From positions 654,506 to 718,505 of the forward strand of contig ML992508.1 of assembly GCA_010093995.1 (NCBI GenBank): DNA of 64,000 nt, given 5' to 3'. Shown piece after piece: positions 58,769-64,000 of this stretch. A program made the position numbers and the translations under genes. Under the pieces are notes generated by a model. The model was given only the letters and a program-made list of their open reading frames with translations. It ran no database searches and was not told the origin of the DNA. The DNA comes from Elsinoe ampelina (Eukaryota). Each line of letters begins with the position of its first letter. Within the stretch, counting starts at the first letter, position 1.

Positions 58769-59860
58769 ATGGCGTGTCCAGTACGAAGATACCCTCTCAA
58801 ACAGCCGCCGAACCATGAGCCGCCTATCCCTCGATACATGATGAAGTTTCCAGATGATCTCAAACAAATATGCACAGCGTATCTCGGCGCACAGAGCCAC
58901 CGAGAAGGTCAAAGTCCAGACCAAGCACGAACAGCAATCCAAAAGTGGCTAAAAGGTCTCGCATCAGATCAAGCACCCTACCACTACGAACACTTCATCG
59001 TCGAAAAAGGCCAGGACATCCCAGGATGCCACGTCTGGGTCCTCTACCGGAGCGACAAGGATACCTGCGAGAGGACCATATCTACCCTGGATCTACCAGC
59101 CCTGTACTCCACCCTCAACGACAAATCCACCGGCCTTTGGTGCGAACGCTTCACCACCCCCATGCCGCGTCTCGAGACAAACTACTCCAACGATGACTAC
59201 TTCCCCGGCCTCGCCAAGCTCGCCTCCGCAGAACCAAAACGCCACACCCTGTCAGCCTACTGGGGCGCTGCCAGAGACCGCATCCCGGAATCCGCCAACG
59301 ACCGTTTCTCCAAAGAAGACGACCAAGAAGAGCTCCGCCGTCCGCCACACCTGGGCAGCGTCAAAGGATTGGGCCAGCACATCAAAGGCTCGAATCCCTA
59401 CGATAATCTCTGCCATATCCGATCTGGGCAGTTCTGGGAGAAGTGTGAAGCGGTAGAGCTGGAGGCGTACGAGACGAAGCTGAGGTCAACCCTGCTTAAC
59501 GGCTTGGGTTACCTATGGGACAACCCCCTCGATAACGGGGTGATTGGGCTGCGGTTCTTGAGGAATGTTGAAAAGGATGGGGATGGGAAAGAGGCGGTGC
59601 CGAGGAAGGAGTCCTGTGGTGCAGGCTTCTTTAGGAATTTGGCTGATCTGGAGCATTGGGCGGAGAAGCACATGTCGCATTTGAAGATTTGGACGGGGGC
59701 GATTTCGCATGCGAAGAGGTTTGGGCCGGAGATGGGGTTGAGGTTGTTTCATGAGGTGTCGGTGTTGAAGAAGGGGGAGGCGGAGTTTGAGTATGTGAAT
59801 TGTTTGCCGGAGACCGGGGCGATCAGGTATATGAAGTTGGAGCATGTGGTGCCGTTGTAG
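58769..59860 (+). CDS. oxd: Heme-containing aldoxime dehydratase (Oxd, phenylacetaldoxime dehydratase family), intronless
   Basis: YWGAARDRIP (catalytic Arg), HIRSGQFW (Ser), WAEKHMSHLKI (proximal heme His), LRLFHEVSV (catalytic His), FEYVNC.PETG. Confidence 0.92.
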   Translation: MACPVRRYPLKQPPNHEPPIPRYMMKFPDDLKQICTAYLGAQSHREGQSPDQARTAIQKWLKGLASDQAPYHYEHFIVEKGQDIPGCHVWVLYRSDKDTCERTISTLDLPALYSTLNDKSTGLWCERFTTPMPRLETNYSNDDYFPGLAKLASAEPKRHTLSAYWGAARDRIPESANDRFSKEDDQEELRRPPHLGSVKGLGQHIKGSNPYDNLCHIRSGQFWEKCEAVELEAYETKLRSTLLNGLGYLWDNPLDNGVIGLRFLRNVEKDGDGKEAVPRKESCGAGFFRNLADLEHWAEKHMSHLKIWTGAISHAKRFGPEMGLRLFHEVSVLKKGEAEFEYVNCLPETGAIRYMKLEHVVPL

Positions 59861-59901
59861 GGCAGTGGTTGTAGTCTGGCCGTAGAGAGGTTGGACGGCC
59901 C

Positions 59902-60406
59902 TCATTGACCCTTCCTTGCTTCGATTTGAGACATCACGACTTCGACGATACGTTTGAAGCCTGCCATCTCCTCCTCCACTGTGCCTCCTTGTGCGGCGTC
60001 GACGAACGAGGCGCTACTTCCAACATGAACTGCCTTTCCGGTGCGTCTCGCCAGTACCTTCGCTAGCCGTGTAGCAAAGTCCTGTGATTCAGGCGAAGTG
60101 TACAGTGTCGTGCTGAGAGGTTGTGATGGATTGTACCGCTGCCTAATATCAGTGCCTGCGTCAGAGTTTGCCACAGGGTATACCAACGTTCGGCATGGCA
60201 TAGACGAAACTCCCCATGGCTGCCCCGGAAGTACCAGAGTCACTGCCTCCGCTAGTGACGAAGAGAATGAGCGTCGTAGCGAGGATGGTCAAGTGGAGAT
60301 GCAGACGAGTGTTGGCCGTGAATGGTTGCGGGATGGCAATCTCGATGGGTTTCGCTGCAGGAGATGTGCCATTGGTCATTGGGAGTTGCTGCGTTGTCTG
60401 AGTCAT
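59902..60406 (-). CDS. Proteasome assembly chaperone (PAC4/Poc4-like), 2 exons
   Basis: IEIAIPQPFTANTRLHLHLT...MGSFVYAMPN|RYNPSQPLSTTLY...DFATRLAKVLARRTGKAVHVG...GGTVEEEM. Confidence 0.7.
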
Positions 60407-60597
60407 TCTCTAAAGTCTTCCCTGTTCCGATCAGAAGAAATTCTAATGTTGATAGTTGTACGTGGTTGTACATGGTAGAGGGAGAAAAGGTCATGGTGTG
60501 GAGTGCAACATGTGGGGCCTCACAATTTCGATGCCCACTTTCACTTGTACAAACATCGACAACAAGATCGCTATCTAGTGTTGAGGAGCCGGACACG

Positions 60598-61913
60598 ATG
60601 GCATCGGATCGTGGCGATGACGGCGAGATAGATCCTTTGGCAGATCCGGAAGAGCGGCGAGTTCTCTTCGCTGCTTTAGATTCGTTCCGGTATGTCTTTG
60701 CACTGTGGTCTGAAGCATGGCTCTTTGCCACTGGACGAGCACAATTGATGACTACTCTACTACGATTCGAGATTCTAACATGAACAGCCAATATCGCAGA
60801 GCTGCACACTACAACATAACCCATCTTCGGCGACAGAGCTTCTACGCTCTGCCCTCTGCACATTCCACCTTGCTGTCTGAACCACCATTCAATCTGACGA
60901 AGACATTCGAGGCTGTGGACAATGCTGTTGACAAGAACGCCGAGATCGCGGAGGCAGTTCTTGCGGTTGGTCTGGATACCTATGGAGTCGATCCTGATTC
61001 AGATGAGTGGAAGGGTAAAGCGACACCAGGCGATATGGACAAAGCACGAAGCACGATCAGACAGCTCTACAGGGACTGGTCTCCCGAAGGAGCGGAGGAG
61101 AGAAATGCTTCGTTCCGGCCGATGCTATCTGCACTTAATAACTACTACTCTTCGACATCACCAGCCAAGCGAGGGAAGCTTAACGTCCTTGTGCCAGGGG
61201 CAGGGCTTGGTCGTCTTGTCCTGGACGTTTGTGGAGCAGGGTACAGTGTCGAGGGCAATGAGATATCCTATCATCAATTGCTTGTGAGCAACTGGATCCT
61301 GAACAGCATCTCTGAGCCGAAGCGAATTGAGCTGTTCCCATGGACGCTGAGTTTCTCGAATCACATATCTCGACAAGACCAGCTGCAAAAGGTGCTCATC
61401 CCGGACGTCGCGGCTGGTGCGTACCTACAGGAGACCGCTGCTCTGATAGAGTCCGAGATGCACCCGTTCCAACGCATGTCAATGTCCTCGGGCGATTTCT
61501 GCGTCCTGTACAAGGGCGACGAGTACAGAGAATCCCTTGATGCAGTGCTGACCTGCTTCTTCATTGACACCGCTCCAAACTTGCTGCAGTACATTGAAGC
61601 TGTTCGAAGCTGCTTGAAATCGAATGGTGTTTGGATTAATCTGGGACCGCTGCTGTGGCACTTTGAAGGTGGCAAGCAATCCGAGAAGAGGGATAATGGT
61701 CCCTCCAGTAGAGACTTTGACCAAGATTTGGGTATCGGCGAAGCCGGTTCATTCGAATTGACCGAAGACGAAGTTCTTGCCCTGCTGGGCAAGACTGGCT
61801 TCAAGGTCATACATCATGATAATCAGAGTCACAGGACTGGCTATATCCAGGACCCGAAGAGCATGCTGCAGAACACATACAGACCGAGCTTCTGGGTAGC
61901 GACCAAAGAATGA
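60598..61913 (+). CDS. Carnosine N-methyltransferase (N2227 / YNL092W-like), 2 exons
   Basis: DPEERRVLFAALDSF, KARSTIRQLYRDWS.EG..ER, VLVPGAGLGRL, EGNEISYHQL, GDF, TCFFIDTA, WINLGPLLWH. Confidence 0.9.
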
Positions 61914-61917
61914 AGCA

Positions 61918-62655
61918 TCAATCCTTGCTGAAGCCGGACATGCCTTTCTTTCGCCCGAACCGGACGCTGTTCGGCACGAACTTGAGCGAAGACATGCCAC
62001 TTGTCAGAGCGTCCATGGGGTCCTCGCTCGAAGCCGGAGTCATGACTGCCGCCGCTGTGTCGGATGCCGAAGATGCGGTCTCAACGGACATTGCATCAGT
62101 GGGCAGGCCGGACTGCTTTGGCGAATGTCTCGTCCGAACAGGTGAACTTCGATCTTGTCGAAGCATTGACCGTCTGCCGTCCAAACCGTCGTTCACAATG
62201 AAGAAGTCATAATTCCGTGGGAACATATGCTTGTCTTGTAGATGGAGACGACGCTTTTGCCATGTAGCACAAACCTTGTCGCATCCCTCTACGAAGCACG
62301 CATAAGTCTTATCTCCTCTGTCCTTCTTGGTGGCCATGATAGGGTCGTGGTTCTCAGCAATATGGAGTGAGAGGAAGTGATCAGTCGGGAGATTCCTGTG
62401 GCACTCCAAGCACCGATTGACATGTGACTTGTTGTAGTGGATCTCGTATTCATCGTAAGATTGAAAGGGTTGTGGGGCGTGTGGTGGTAGGTGACAGTAT
62501 ATACTTGCCGGCCCTGGAGCTAGATCTGTATGTACCACCTTCGAAGCGTTCTCATGCCCATCATCGGCCTCATTCTCCACGTGTCCAGATCTGCCGGTGG
62601 TCTCCTGTATGGCCCCATTCACCGAGACAGATGAATGTCGTGGTCTCTTTGCCAT
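61918..62655 (-). CDS. C2H2 zinc-finger protein (ZNF511-like)
   Basis: C.LPPH...YEIHYNKSH.NRCLEC...FLSLHIAENHD, YACFVEGCDKVC...RRLHLQDKH.FP..YDF, and C-terminal LKFVPNSVRFGR. Confidence 0.82.
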   Translation of the reverse strand: MAKRPRHSSVSVNGAIQETTGRSGHVENEADDGHENASKVVHTDLAPGPASIYCHLPPHAPQPFQSYDEYEIHYNKSHVNRCLECHRNLPTDHFLSLHIAENHDPIMATKKDRGDKTYACFVEGCDKVCATWQKRRLHLQDKHMFPRNYDFFIVNDGLDGRRSMLRQDRSSPVRTRHSPKQSGLPTDAMSVETASSASDTAAAVMTPASSEDPMDALTSGMSSLKFVPNSVRFGRKKGMSGFSKD

Positions 62656-63171
62656 GCTTCAGATTGGCTTCGTGGTTACGTGGCTTCGTCTTTCCACAGC
62701 GGTATCTCCTCACCGCTCACCATAACGAGCCAGCTTCTGGCATATGTTAGATATTCGTGAAGATCAGGAAGAAGCAAAATGTCACGTGAAGAGAGGTGAA
62801 GCTTTGCAAATGAATGAACCATGTGGGGTGGACGCGAGCCATGCAGATCCGGACCCGCGTCCGCCAAGAGAATGGTGTGTGACTGCAGATGTCGAGGGTG
62901 TCCATCTTCTCCCATCTTTTCATCCGACATTTGTTACACCTACTCACATTCGCCGATTACGCTCATCTCTTCGCTGTCCACCGAGGTCAGCACTCTTGTA
63001 TTACCGACAGTGCAGCAAGCCGAGATCTTGTTGCATCGTCACTCTCTGTCAGGCTTATGGATTTCATCGGGTCATCTCGCGCCTCCGTCCGTATACCTCA
63101 TATCTAGCAGTGGCGACGACCGTGGGGTCACCAGTTCCCTATGAAGAAGAGCAAGGAACATATAAGAAGAA

Positions 63172-64000
63172 ATGACGACAGTAGAAGCCCGGCATTACAT
63201 CCGGTCAGCTCGATACACCTCACGCAACTTCGACATCAACTGACCCGACACAGGGCTATCAATAGTATTGATGCCGAAGTCAGGGAGGCCGTGAAAAGCC
63301 CTGCCAATGCCGATCAGCATCCGCAGATTTTCCAGCGTCTGCTCAGACAGTGAGTATACCATCAAGGTCTCCGAATCAGAAGCTGAGTAGTAAAGATATC
63401 GTACGACAGTTGAGGAGCTTTGCGGGAAGGATGTGCTCATCAACCAGGCAAACAGCACTCATACCCTCTTGTGGACTGCTCATAATCTGATCAATGCCTT
63501 TTGCCGGAAAGGTCTTGCGAAACTTCGCAGCGACCCAGCAAAACCCGTCGAGACTAGAAAGTTCATCAAGGGCTATCTGGAGTTCTTGAAGGACAGTCGG
63601 AAATGGTACCGTACCTTCATCAACCTTCTCACCAAGACCTACGGGTGGATGCCCGGTCTCGAGCAGATTACTGGAGACACTAGCCATGTTACTCCTCATC
63701 CAAATCCCGCTGCGTACCAGCACTCCGCTGCTTTGTGCTACCATGCGCTCATTTCGCTCGGAGATCTTTGCAGATGGCGGGCCGCTGAGAGACTGGACAA
63801 GGAACCCACTTGGGCTCATGCCGTTGGCTACTACGACCTAGCGGCTGCTCTAAACCCAGCAAATGGTGCGGCCTTCCATCAGCGAGCGTTCGTCGAGATG
63901 AGCCAGAAAGATCACTTCCGTGCCATCTACTACTTCTACCGCTCGATCGTGGTCGAAGAACGATATCCGAACGCTATCAATAACCTTGCTACGGAAATGA
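63172..64000 (+). CDS. Est1/Ebs1/Smg7-like protein (TPR-like Est1 domain); multi-exon, runs off window
   Basis: Manual translation: LWTAHNLIN...KPVETRKF...FLKDSRKWYR...CYHALISLGDLCRWR...AVGYYDLA..LNP.NG.A.HQ.A...DHFRAIYYFYRS...A.NNL. Confidence 0.82.

Noticed and set aside
45163..59860. Amidase fragment as a third member of the aldoxime-nitrile cluster
   Set aside because: It lies about 11.5 kb away behind unrelated housekeeping genes, lacks its catalytic half, and no nitrile hydratase is present.

Overview
Gene-dense DNA from a filamentous ascomycete (Pezizomycotina, inferred from short GT-AG introns with CTRAC branch sites and a RIP-type mutated repeat block; probably a Dothideomycete, species not determinable here). 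About 25 protein-coding loci are recognisable, mostly housekeeping: DRS1, FSF1, delta-COP, APC4, VMA10, PET117, EF1B-gamma with an intronic snR38-like snoRNA, DML1, a carnosine N-methyltransferase and an Est1/Smg7-like gene. There are also two Pth11-like membrane proteins, a CDT-1-like cellodextrin transporter, a repetitive GPI-type wall protein, a 5'-truncated amidase and a divergent, intronless nitrilase / aldoxime dehydratase pair. The AT-rich block 17646-28099, blank in the ORF track, resolves into two nested elements. The outer one is a Tc1/mariner (DD34E) transposon with 40-bp TIRs and TA duplication that carries a second, convergent Cys/His-motif ORF. Inside its transposase sits a 7.0-kb Ty3/Gypsy chromovirus (463-bp LTRs, GATAG TSD) with an unusually long Gag, a -1 frameshift site and an antisense ORF whose back-mutated sequence has Zn2Cys6 spacing. 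Outside the repeats, about ten 0.4-1.3 kb domains switch from C-rich to G-rich irrespective of gene orientation. Exon boundaries and back-mutated (de-RIPped) translations were worked out by eye and are approximate.
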